This document shows positions 36,122-55,066 of a stretch of DNA of 64,000 nucleotides, piece after piece. The translations under genes were made by a program, and so were the position numbers. The notes beneath the pieces are model-generated. The model was not told where the DNA came from. It saw only the letters and a program-made list of their open reading frames with translations, and ran no database searches. Position 1 is the stretch's first letter. Each line of letters opens with the position of its first letter. The stretch is taken from NCBI GenBank assembly GCA_027604505.1, contig JADIIX010000104.1:1-64000 (forward strand), read 5' to 3'. The stretch comes from Gonapodya sp. JEL0774. Lineage: Eukaryota.

Positions 36122-37970
36122 ATGTGATGCTCAAAACTGAAGTTCTTACAGTTCGAGAGACAGGTCATTACTGTAACCTGATGGTTCTTCCACGACGAGA
36201 AACGTTTCCCGAAGAATATGCGGACAGCAACGCAAATACGACTGCTGCTCATCAGCAGTCCTTGAATGCAAAGAAATCGTGCTCGAGGTGATACAAATTG
36301 TTACAAGTTTACATAATCCGTCCCAGTGAGCTTCGGCAAATCGCATTTGGTGCTGTGCACGAGTTGCCCCCCCAACTTGCCCTACAGGCCACGAGGCGAT
36401 GCTTATAAACCCCACCTCCGGGAGAATGGACATCTTCATCATCGGCGCGATTCTTGATGGCGATGGCTACTTCTGTGCCTCTCGAGACCGTGGAGGCTCT
36501 TCCCTCGTTTCGGGCATTTCGGTTCTCCGAATACATTGACCTCGACAAGAACCGCCGGGCGACAGGTCTCGATCTCATTCGTCTTCTCCAAGACAAATGT
36601 GGCCTCTCAATCGCGGTCCCCCTTCAGGTCGGAATCACCGCAAAGGATGTTGAACTACTGGGCACGGATTGGTGAGCTTTCAACCACGAGAACACTATCG
36701 GAAATGAAGATACCGGGGTAGTGATCGCACCGTCCTTGTCAACTCCCCTATTTCAGGTGGTTCCCACGCTATGATGGTCCCCGCCAATGGCCTTTTGTCT
36801 GGGAAGGCGTATCGTGCTCCATCGACTTTATTTCGCCCGGCGAAGCCGTCAAATATTACACGTTCCAATCATTCGTCATCCGCGTCTATGACTTAACACC
36901 AAGTATTGGAGAGCGTGTCCTCACCGAGATTGGACGAGAGCTCGCAGCCAGGTGGAAGCCGGCAGATCGCCCAATCAAGAAAACGTCAATATATCGGGCA
37001 GTCAAGATTTGCAATGGTACCTACGGTTGGAGCTTTTTCGTGAGTCGGGACTCTCGCGACCTGGATACAGTGTATTTGGACACTGGGATCAAGGACAAGA
37101 TTGTGAAGGGGTTGGACTTTTTCTTTAGCAACAAGCCTCTGTATGACCGGACCGGCGTCACGTGGAAGCGAATTCACCTCTTGCATGGACCTCCTGGTAC
37201 GGGCAAGACCTCCATGTGTGTTGCAATGGCCAGTCGCTTCGACCGGGATATTGCCAAGCTTTCCATCACGGGCGACATCAAAGCCACGGACATTGACTCT
37301 CTCCTTTCCAGTCTCTCCACCAACACTTTTCTGCTTCTGGAAGACGTTGACGCACTCTTTGCCAAGCGAAGCTCAAAAACCGGAGTGGACTTCTCCACGC
37401 TCATCAACGCCCTGGACGGGGTGGCTACAGCGAGCGGCCTGGTCGTGTTCATGACAACCAATCACCTCGACAAACTTGAGCCAGCTCTCATCCGTCCTGG
37501 TCGGGTGGACTTTTGCGCAGAGATCACTGTTCCATCGCGAGAGGCCGTCCTCGAAGCCCTGAGGACCCTAGCCCCCGAGTACGCCCATGAACACGAGGAG
37601 TTTGTGGATCGGTTTGCAAAAGGGATCACAATTGCAGGAGTGCAGAAGCACATCTTCGACTGCCTTGTGGAGGAGAAGGAGTCGATTCTGTTTGAGGTGA
37701 AGGCGCTGGCCCCATTACCGTCAAGGGAGAAGCTGGTGGTGGGTAAGGGGGAGCCCATGGAGGAGGACGAAGAAGATAGTGATGACACGAGCCACGTGTC
37801 GGAGGATTGAATATGCGTGTGTGCAAGGGAGGAGGATTTTTGCTGCCATTCAGACCCGGAATCATTGCTTTAGACCAGCATTTCTGATATTTTAGAGCGA
37901 AGGTCTGTATAAATTAATGGTCGGTTGACCGCCTGCGAGAAAGGGGCTTCCTCAATGCAAGAAGGGACCA
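36122..37970 (+). repeat. Right arm of ~1.8 kb inverted segmental duplication (partner 18440-20256)
   Basis: Colinear homology to the reverse complement of 18440-20256, including non-coding upstream sequence. Confidence 0.9.
36463..37810 (+). CDS. BCS1-like AAA+ ATPase, copy 3 (2 exons; intron 36672-36756)
   Basis: The frame is intact after splicing (MATSVPLETVEALP..TDW|WFPRYDGPRQWPF..GPPGTGKTS..LEDVDALF..IRPGRVD). The C-terminal tail EEDEEDSDDTSHVSED is nearly identical to copy 1. Confidence 0.88.
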
Positions 37971-38017
37971 GATTTGCTGAAACTAACTCACTTCTCAATA
38001 GAACCCTCCCACGTCTG

Positions 38018-39171
38018 ATGTCAACTGAATCCGCTTCCCAACTCCCAACGACCGTTACACGGCTCCCACTTCCGTCTTTGTCTTCCATTCCCCCCGGTGC
38101 CGTGGCTTCCCCTGCGCTTCTCTCGCATGCTCTCCAGGCCCTGTTCGACCAACACGCGACCGACCCAACACTGGTCCCTTTCCCACCCGGAAACCGGGTG
38201 ATAGCAAAGAGTTTGCTCTATCATGTGCGATTGCTGGAACGAGTACTTGGACTTCTGACAAGATGTGTGATTGCTGAGGAGCCGGGAGCCGAAGGAGATG
38301 TAGAAGCGCTGGTGCTTGCCGCCGCAGGAATGCATGTTCGCAGGTGGGAGGTGAAGAGAGATGAATTTCCAGAGGGGCTTTCAGGGTGAGTCTCTTGAAT
38401 GATCGTTCGTGGGAAGTTACCGAGGAACGTCATTTGATGGTCTGGGGTTTTATGACATTGGGAGACAGCTATTGGAGGATTGACTTCAGAACTCCCTTTG
38501 CTTGTTCTATGTGGAGCGGACGCCCTACCGGAAGCTGCTCTCCCTGGTGCCACAGTCATTCTACACGTTCCCTTCCATAAACATACCGAACCACTTACAG
38601 CTACAAAACCTGGCGATCTCACCTCGCCAAACTTCATGCGAACTACGTCACCTCCGCGATGCGCTCTGCGGGATACGGCCAACCGTCTCTGCCAGGCACA
38701 GAGGAACCATTGGACGTTCTTCGCTCCGAGCGTGTCGTGGTCCGCACGGGTGAATTGCTTGTGAAAAAGGGTCTTCCGGCATTGGCTGCATGGAGGGAGA
38801 AGGAGGGCACGGTAGACTCCCATAGCGCGACGCAAGGGCGAGATCGCAGTGATCGTTGGACCGCATACCCTGCGGTACAAGCGCTGGAAGACGCCGTGTG
38901 TCTTGTATTTCTGGAAGATGAGGCAGAGGACTTTGCGCAGAAAATGATGGACGGCAAGGCCGGAGTGGTGGCACCGGTGAATCCGGATGGCGCCATTGCA
39001 TCAGCAACTGCAACCACTGACCCCCGCACCAAACTCCTCATTATTGTACGGAAAACCTGGGCGAAAATGGGACCTATGGGGCGGAAAGTGGCGCAGGATG
39101 AGGTTGTACCAGGGATGCAAGCGGTGGTGAGGGAAGTAGTCTTGCAGGCCGTTGCCGGTGGGGTTGAATAG
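38018..39171 (+). CDS. DUF4202 family protein, 2 or more exons
   Basis: LAAAGMHVRRWEVKRDEFPEGLSG..WRSHLAKLHA..AGY, VQALEDAVCLVFLEDE and IVRKTWAKMGPMGR match the DUF4202 pattern. Confidence 0.8.
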
Positions 39172-39640
39172 TCGGAGATACTGAGGTAGTGGGTGGTACT
39201 TTGACTGAGAGTTTGACTGGGGGATGCAGCAGAAGCAGTGGGGGACTGGGACTTTTGATTTCATGGAGTTTGAAATTTTGCGCGTCACCACGATGACTAG
39301 CTTCGTTGCTTTGGATGAGGTGTGAGGATGGAAGTCTGTGTGCTGCAGGGCTCATTCAGCACTAGAGAATCTGTATGTGCGGGGCGTTCCACGGCACATG
39401 AAGAACGAGAGATGATTGAACAAGCAGGTCACGCATTTTCTGCTACAAAGGTGTAGCACTGCCACGAGACAACATGTGTGATTGTGAAGAGGAGTTCTAG
39501 TACCTTGTACTTGGCTGAACGATGAGAAGCTTTGATGCGCGTAAATTCTGGTTTTCGCGTGCAGGCATTATTCTTCGCTTTTCCGAGCTTGTGTCAAGTA
39601 AACCCGCCATCGAAGCCTCCCCTTTTCGTAAACGAACGGA

Positions 39641-47049
<7,409 letters not shown>

Positions 47050-47535
47050 GAAACCCCAAAGAGCTGGGTGTCTTGTGTGAGGATGTGAAATCACACATTG
47101 GCCATCATATGGAATGATCATTTGGAAGTATGTACCTCAAATACACCTCATGTGCGCTTCACTACGAATGTGTTGTACTCGCAGGTCTCAATATCTCTCT
47201 CGTTTGTAAACTCGACATGATCTATCTGAGATTTAGGAGAACCACGTGTCCGAAGCCATAGCCGCCTGGAGCAAATTCATGAATGGGGTGAACCGTTGAG
47301 CAGCTGCAAATTCTCACCGTGCGAGCATAATTGGACGGACCACTCACAGCATGTCAACCTAGACAAATCCAACACGAGAACTCCAGCCACAGATTGCGTT
47401 CGGCGTGCTTGTGATTAACCCACCCACCTTCTCACGCTCTCCTTGAATTTCACCCTCCACCGTTCCTATCTCAGTGTTCCTGCACCAGCCCACCAGTCCC
47501 AGCTCAACAGCACGCCTGCATGTATATTTCCGGAA

Positions 47536-48198
47536 ATGTACACCTTGAACGCGACCCCAGACTTGAAAAGTGACACTATTCGAGTGCGTGGTGAGGAGCT
47601 TGCTGACCGAGCAATCAAAAGTTATGTGTAAATCGGGAACGTGTACCTGACAGGGGACATGTCGACCGTGAACCCAAAAATTCTTTTGAAGTCTCTTTAT
47701 TCCAAAAGCTTGATGAAGAAGAAAGCTTTGCGAAATACTGAATGTAGGTTGGGAGTGTCAGCTGGCAGGAGCCAAACAACCATAAGTTCCCCGCTCTAAA
47801 TCAATTTTGAAAGTCAAAGCAGCATGGCTGGCGCCGCTGGTAAGTACTCGGAGTCTCAAAGCATACCTTGGAATACCTGGAAACGTTTCCTAAGTGTCGC
47901 CGAAACGGTTCCTGTGGATGCCCCTTGTGGTGTCATCGAGCGTCTTGTCGCTCACCACCAGTACAGTTCCTTTACCACCGCTTCGGCACCGTCACCCGCC
48001 ATGATTGATCATGACTGCATGCTTTGTGATGAGAAAGTCTCAGGGTCAGGGACTGAGAGTCAGGACGAGGGAGTGGAGGGCGAACGCGAGGTGGCCTGGT
48101 GTGAGACCTGCAACAAGGTCATGCACAAGTCGTGCGTGAAACAGAAGTGGCCTCTCCAGAATCGTGGATGGTTCTGCTGCTTTCGTCAGCTCCGTTAG
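47536..48198 (+). pseudogene. PHD/RING-like zinc-finger ORF, possibly the remnant of a longer disrupted gene
   Basis: 47824-48198 encodes CMLC..WCETCNKVMHKSC..WFCC. The same frame continues upstream, interrupted by TAA at 47629 and 47797. Confidence 0.35.
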
Positions 48199-49100
48199 TC
48201 CTGGTCCCAAGTCTAGCGGGAAAATGGAGTCGAAGGAAGTTAGCGATAATGAGATGCTACACCTCAAGAAAAAGAAAAAGAGACAGATGTTCATATAAAG
48301 TCTGAGCCAAGGGAGTCTACGAAGCGAAACTCTGTGAGTGATTTCGATGCATCTTGGGCTCATTCTCGTCTTCTGGGGGCATGTTTGTGTAAGGTTTAAC
48401 CGTTTGCTCTCTTTCCGCAGGAGACCACCACCAACGCTCCCGGAGTATGTGGCTTCAACTCCGTCATGTGCCACGTCAACCACTTCGACAGAGGAGCCCG
48501 TCGTCCGCCATTGGTTCTTTATCCCCTGAAGCAGTTGGCTGCCACCCGTTAACGGGTGCATGCGGGCTGTCCCCTGCTAGCCAACTATGAAGGGAGGGGT
48601 TCTGGTGGTTGCAATGGATGCCTCAAGGCTGTTCAAAGCGGGTATTCCGGCGTTCGATAGGCGAGCGTCGAGAATGCGCAGGTGGTTCACCTTGTGCCGA
48701 CTGCAGTATGCTCGGCGGCGTTGGAGAGCCACATGCGAGTAATTTTTGAATCTGGGGAGGTAGCGGAAAGTTGCCTCCCTGATGCCAACGTTTTATTCCA
48801 ACTATAAGCCAATGAAACCCCCAAGTACGGGAACAAGGAAACGACAGTTTGACTGGATAGCACGTCCGTGTAAGTGATTAACGCTTGGTCGGTTACATGC
48901 ATAATGATTGTTGTAGCAAATGCAGCGGAATACTAGTAGAGTGTCGCTTTACATGAGTGATGAGTTTCATCGTCGGAGTTAGTGTAACTTCCGAAAAACC
49001 GTCCATCTCTCCGAACAACAATACAGGTCAAGGTTTCATAAATCCTGAGAAAGTAACGTGATTAATTTCTGTCTCCGTCCATTAGGGTTTCAAAAGCACG

Positions 49101-50304
49101 TTATGGTCGAAAGTATTTGACTGCACTTCGAACGACTGTTCGACAGACTGGACAAAGCGTTAGTTCTCGAGAGCATTCGACGCACGCAGCATGGTGACCA
49201 CTGCGTAGATGAGTGCGGTATAAAAAGGCAAGTAGTACGAATGATTGTCAGAGATCGTCACCTACCAGGGAATGAACACCGCGGTGCGAGAGCGATCCCA
49301 GCAAATAATCTGGAGAGAAACGAAACACATCTCGTCAGACTCATAAGATATGTCAAATGGAACGCAACCACGAACACAAGTATCCTGGTTTTTTTCCTCT
49401 GCAGCCGCAAGGGTCAAGTTGTGTCCCACGGTTTCCAATTCCGCCGCAGCAGCTGCCACGAGTTCATCTTGAGGAGCGTCCAGCAACTCCGATCGCAAAG
49501 AAATGACCCTTCGTGCGACTTCGCGTGCACGGGATGGTGTGCAGTCCGCGATATCCGCGATAGCAAACGCAAGTTCATTTGGAATGTTTATTTGCGAGTG
49601 GATGGGTGGTGGAGTGGAGGAGGGAGTAGGAGAATTCCCTCCGTTTTGCCGCAAGCTCTCATCAGCAAGGGTGTCTAACACGTCTGCTCCCCGATCCTCG
49701 GTGATGGCAAGATGAGAGGTAAGATCTTTAAAGACTACAAAAACCGTGCGTTAACTCCAACGCCATGCACCACATCGCTTTACATCGCATCGCTTACTCC
49801 TATACGCCGTGAGAACGGATGCCGCCGAGAGGATGCCGAAAATTGAGGTTTCCAAAAGAACAGCACACTCTTGATATTGCGATGTCGACAATGCGTTCCC
49901 GAGAACTCCCGCAGCCCACTTGGAAAACCAGTAGAGAAGCGTAAACCAGTAAGTAAGAGATATTATGACGACTTGAGTCATCCAACCAGCTTGATAAGCA
50001 GAGGGATTTCAGGTTCAAAATTGTCGAAATAGTAGTGTCACCGACGAGCTCCACTCACCGAAACGAATCAGTACGAAGAGGATCGGCCCCAGCCTAGCGA
50101 AAATGTACAATAAGAATCTACTTCCTGCCCTATATGCGCAAATTGCAGCTATCTTGAGCCCCTCAATCACAGCCATACCTGGACAACGACAACCGACTCG
50201 ATCATCAATGATTTGCTCCGTGGGAGCGGAATAAATCCATCTGAAAACTCACCAGACCAAACCCCTACACTCAAAATCCACGAAAACAAAGGCCCGGGTA
50301 ACAT
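49101..50304 (-). CDS. Membrane-anchored RING-HC (C3HC4) E3 ubiquitin ligase-like protein, multi-exon
   Basis: Splicing three exons gives DTC|IICWDRSRTAVFIPC|GHHAACVECSRELTLCPVCRTVVRSAVKYFRP*. The upstream exons are hydrophobic (VVIISLTYWFTLLYWF, SIFGILSAASVL). The start is uncertain. Confidence 0.78.
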
Positions 50305-50738
50305 CTTCGTGTGGTGATGGCAGGAGCTCCCGTCACGATTTGTGTATATCGCCGGGCCTAGGAGCGTCAAAACCCGGACATAAGGCTCAGAGCAGGGTTC
50401 AACGATTGCAGCAACGCTCAAACTTTCGGCTTAGATCGAGAATATAAGAGCTACGGGGTATAAGGCAAAGGAAAGGTGCGGTCTCGAGTTCCGAACGGCG
50501 AATCCACAACGGAACCCGAAGGGTTAGGGCCCTCTCTCACCCACATTCCATAAACAATATGTAAGAATACACGAGGGTATGTACATAGAGCTTTCGTATA
50601 GAGAAGGCATCGATAAATAATGTATTATCTTTGTTTGACCCTTTTCAAACTCCCTGAAACTTGTTGATGCATCTGTGCGGTCGATTCCACCACTGCAACA
50701 ATTATGCTCATCTCATTAATTACCCTGCCCGACTTTCC

Positions 50739-52399
50739 TCACGGCAGCACAGGCTTCCTTTGTAAAGTTTTCGGATTGTAGCCGAGCTTCTCGAGGTCCT
50801 GGCGAGTCTCCTGCAAGCATGAGAGTGAGGCCAGGGACACCAAGATTGAACGTCGGAGGGAGTATGAAAACCTCTTGCATAATAGGAGCGATCTTCCTCA
50901 CCTCAGCATCTTCAAGGGTCTGCACCAGAAAAAATTCTGCCAACCCGTCTACATCCACCCCCGCCTTGCGCCTAGAGCTCGCCTTCCGGTGTCCATCTCC
51001 CTTGCTCTTTCGTTTTCCGGATAGAGGTAATGCTGGATCCAAATCGGCACCATCCTTCACGGGCGCGGGGACGCCAAACAGCTCGACCAGTCCCTTGACC
51101 TGTGCCTTTTCGGGCTTCCGTCCATTGGCAGCCTCGATAAGTGAGGACAGTTCCGGTGGAGAAAGCAGGCCATCCGCGTCGGTATCAAAGCGGGCGTGGA
51201 GGCCACGAAGCAGGTCAAGGAATGGGGGGGACAAAGTCGGGCGAGTGGTGGTCGAGGTGGAGACAAGAAGGGGAACTTGTTGGGTGTTGCGGATGTCATT
51301 GAGATATCTCTGCGTCGAAGCCGATGTACCAATGAGAATTCTCACCTGAATCTGCGGACTCGGCTCTCCCTTCTGCGGTGATCAACCCCGTACGTTGTGC
51401 TACATCCGCGATCTCTGTCTCCAGCTCTACCAAAGGTTGGTATAACGGGTCTATTGCGCGGCCCAACTTGGCGATGTGGGCCCCTTGTGCGAGGTTATTG
51501 GTGATAAAGGCGATAAAGGCGAGAATGTGATAGGATTGGACGAGCGTTGGGGAGTGGTCTGGGAATGATAACAACATTGTCCTTTTGGGGGAACATTTGT
51601 GGACAAGCACCACAGCTTCCAACCTACCGACTACAGCCAATGTCCCGTTCGCTGCGTCCACAAGTAATGAGATATCCTCTCGCCCGGTCTCGTCAAATTT
51701 GTGAAGAAGGGCAAAGCACCCAGAGATGGCAGTATCCGGGTCGAGGGGTGCACGGTCATCAGTCTGGTTGGTATCCGTGTTTGTATCGGTAGTGGAATCG
51801 TTGTTTTGAAACCGTGCTGGGATTGCTTCCGCAGCACCGTCGGAGCCTTCAGCAGCTTGGTCGCCTTCTCGAGCCTCTGCGGCGACCGCATCCACCACAT
51901 CCACGTCGTCGAAAAGGTCATTATCACTCCCATCACTCTCGCTATCGGCGATATCGTCATTTTCTTCCTCCGCCGATTCTTGAAGTGCGCCCTCCTCGTC
52001 GTCAGTCACATCTTGCAGCTCCAGCACCCTGATTTCCTCTACAACCATGTCCATTGCCTCACTACGAGTATTCACATCCCCTGGTTCGCCAAACCGATCC
52101 AGCGCTGCTGCTTTCAGTGCTGTCAAGTCTTTCCATTCCAAATCTGATGTAACATTATCCGGGAGCCCAAAGGAACCATCAATTTCCAGTCCGCAAGTGG
52201 AAATTAGTTTAGCGAGGTGTGCAGTACGCGAGAAACGGGTGGTGTAGGCCTTTTCCCAGACTTTTGCGGCGAATATGCGAGATCTAATTGTTTTGGAAGC
52301 GGCCTGCATACGAGCAATCTCGCGAGCATTTACGGAAGAGCGGACGAAAATAAACGGGAGAATCTCCAGTGGAAGTGTTTCCAGCGTAGGCGGAGCCAT
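50739..52399 (-). CDS. F-box protein with acidic linker and C-terminal EF-hand (Miro/Gem1-like EF region), 3 exons
   Basis: MAPPTLETLPLEILPFIF..AREIARMQAASKTIR..VWEKAYTTRF (F-box), FDTDADGLLSPPEL (EF-hand), GVDVDGLAEFFLVQTLEDAE|ETRQDLEKLGY. Confidence 0.75.
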
Positions 52400-52805
52400 T
52401 GATGGGCGTGGATTGGACTGATCCAGGTATGTAATCGTTTCTCTTATCTCACACTGGAACCCCTTGGTCTTTCCCAGCCCGTCCGTAATTTTGGAGACTG
52501 AATGATGGGAGAGTGCATGTTCAAGCGGTAATCGTGAGTAAACAACATAAAACAATATTACTATCTTTCTCACGTCGAGGCAAAAAAGCCATCTCGCTAG
52601 TTGTGAACTGTTATGAAATGAAGATGCTCTTTTTGGAGCTCAACAAAATGATTACGAAAATTCTGCCAGCCCCTGCATTCGCTTTGATTGAGGTTCGGGA
52701 TCAGTTTACCCGATCATTGACAGTCCAAGACACTAAAAGTTCTTCTTCGGTTCTCATTCTCAATCACTGGTCTTCAAAAAACCACCGAGAGGTCCAACAA
52801 GTAAA

Positions 52806-53656
52806 ATGTCCAATCCCTTCACCACCACCACCATCTCCACGCCGGAACATGTCGCTAACGGGCTCGAAGTTCGTCGTGCGGTGTTGGGGGATTCGTATGT
52901 GGACAGGGCGCTCGGGAACATGGATGATTTCTCGAGGCCATTGCAGGTACGTTGTGTAAAGTGGAATAAATACTTTGATCTTGACGGGACAGTCTGAAGT
53001 GCCTTGATGGCCTTTGTTCCCATCACCGTTGCGAGAATCTCGAATCGAGGTCGCGCTCGACATTCAATTGTCAATGGTGAATGTCTTTCAAGTCATTTTT
53101 GGAGGTTGAGCCGTTTTGTCGATGATGCAATGAATTCGCTTGTTTCGCTTTTGCGTCTGATCCTTTCTCCCGTGCGTTGTAAAGGAAGCCGCCACCGGCT
53201 GGGCCTGGGGTGAAATCTGGACTCGTGATGGCCTTGACCGTAAAACACGATCTATGCTGAACCTCGCCATGCTGTCGGTGAGTGGCCCTACTACTTGAGT
53301 GTTGGAAACTGTGGAGTCAGGTCTTCTGGACGGAACCAATGTCATCTTCCGTGATTCGGCACAGGCCCTCAACCGCCAAACAGAGTTTAAAGTCCATGTC
53401 CGAGGTGCACTCAATAACGGGGTCACCCTCAAGGAAATACAGGAGGTTTTGCTTCAGGTTACTGTAGGTTGTGCTTTTTGTCGATGTTTTTTCGCCGAAG
53501 GCTTCGTTGCTCATCTCAGGACCTTGTTCAATTGCCGCGCTTTTTATAACATTGCATTTAAAGGCATATGCCGGGATGCCCGCCGGTGTAGAAGCTTTCC
53601 GCAACGCCGGGCAAGTCATTCAGGAAATGAAAGCTGAGGGCAAAGAACTAAAATAA
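52806..53656 (+). CDS. pcaC: Carboxymuconolactone decarboxylase family protein (PcaC-like), 4 exons
   Basis: Spliced: GLEVRRAVLGDSYVDRAL..FSRPLQ|EAATGWAWGEIWTRDGLDRKTRSMLNLAMLS|ALNRQTEFKVHVRGALNNGVTLKEIQEVLLQVT|AYAGMPAGVEAFR. Confidence 0.9.
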
Positions 53657-54019
53657 TAAGCGTGTGAGGTAATTGGGTTGAAGATGAATACAACTGATTG
53701 TTCCACGGGTGATTCTCGAAGTTGATTAGAGTAAAAGCAAGGGTCGGGGAGCATTCCGTGCAAGAACATAGAAGTCCGTTTACAATCTAATGTATAGTCA
53801 AATTGACGCTCATTTTCCCGGGAAGCATCCTTCTCTTTCGTCGTTCTTCTTGCCATCGATAAAATCCTCTATTGGAAACAGCTCCTTCCGATCTCTCATT
53901 CCCATTATTACTCGCCGTTCTGCGTGCCTCATTTCTCCCGTACATCATTGAAGTGTATTGAATTGGTGGCAGGAGTGGGGATGTGGTTGTGATCGAAAGT
54001 GGCACGTGGGATAATACCT

Positions 54020-54547
54020 TCACACGTTGGAATAAATCACCGTTCGCCTCCGCCCATCAGACCACAAAAATGAAAGGAAATACCAACCTCCCTCCCCCGC
54101 CCCAAACGACAACGCGTCCCCTTCCACTTTGTCTCCATCGCTCATGCCCTCCTCCCACCCTTGCCAGCCTCCAGGATATCCACGGCCATAAACCACATCC
54201 GGATCATTCATCTTGCTACCAACGACTGTTTTATGCGACTGACGAATGCCTTGTAGGTCCCCTGGTGGGCGGTCTATATGAACGTGGACGGGCCCGGCAG
54301 ATGATGGTTCCCTCGAAGGTGGTGGCGGCCGGGGTGGAGTGGGGGAACGATTTTCGAGTTCACGATATTGGTTCAGATGAGGTGTGATATCGAGGTCTAC
54401 AGTAATGAGTAATGGTGTGGTGTGATTCGCTCGTGCTCCGTTGGGAAACCGTATTTGTTTGTTCTCACCCTGCACCACGAGCCCCACGACATTCATCGAT
54501 GCGCCTCTCGGAGAGACGCTCTCATTGTCCGTAACCATAATGCCCAT
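54020..54547 (-). CDS. Hypothetical protein; exon structure unresolved
   Basis: 175-aa ORF with a Pro-rich segment and intron-like GTGAG..TAG inside. No family recognised. Confidence 0.3.
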   Translation of the reverse strand: MGIMVTDNESVSPRGASMNVVGLVVQGENKQIRFPNGARANHTTPLLITVDLDITPHLNQYRELENRSPTPPRPPPPSREPSSAGPVHVHIDRPPGDLQGIRQSHKTVVGSKMNDPDVVYGRGYPGGWQGWEEGMSDGDKVEGDALSFGAGEGGWYFLSFLWSDGRRRTVIYSNV

Positions 54548-55066
54548 TTTTTCTAGCTCCGCACTGGTGGAAAGTGCGACTCATACATTTGCATTCAACA
54601 GAGAAAAGTCTCGGATGAATGAGAATGCTCACCGCGACTGGTGCCGCCGGTGCAAGCCGGATGGTTCATGATCCTGGGGTATCTCTTTGGCTTCAGCGCA
54701 CTTGGGTATTTGTGCAGCCAAGGTGGAGGGAGTGCTGAACGCAAACAACCATCAACTCCGAAGTCGGTGCCAGTTGGGGTACAAATCACAACACACTCGG
54801 ACATATCTGTGGAATGGCTATAAAGACAGTAGCGCTGGGAGAAACGAGAAAGAAGTAACAGAGTTGGAAAGAAACAGATTGTATAAGAATTACGTCATCT
54901 TTCCACACAAAATTGGTAGATGTCGAAGTATAGTGATCCCGTGAGCAAAAATGTGAATCCGAAATCAGTACTTCGATACGGCAGTATTATAGGCAACCAA
55001 ATATTCGTTCCCGAATTAAGTAGCAAATCATGTGGGCTTCCTACCCGCAATTTGACACGGTTCCAC

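Noticed and set aside
36426..36539. Out-of-frame upstream ORF MDIFIIGAILDGDGYF.. (also 19831-19953 in copy 1) resembling a LAGLIDADG motif
   Set aside because: Only 37-40 aa, it overlaps the AAA start in another frame, the motif spacing is off, and no homing-endonuclease body follows. Its conservation is explained by the duplication.
18440..37970. Composite transposon or Starship-like element
   Set aside because: No transposase or tyrosine recombinase and no target-site duplication were seen. The arms encode AAA ATPases.
49082..50530. Telomere-like TTAGGG hexamers (49082, ~50524)
   Set aside because: They are isolated single units, expected by chance.
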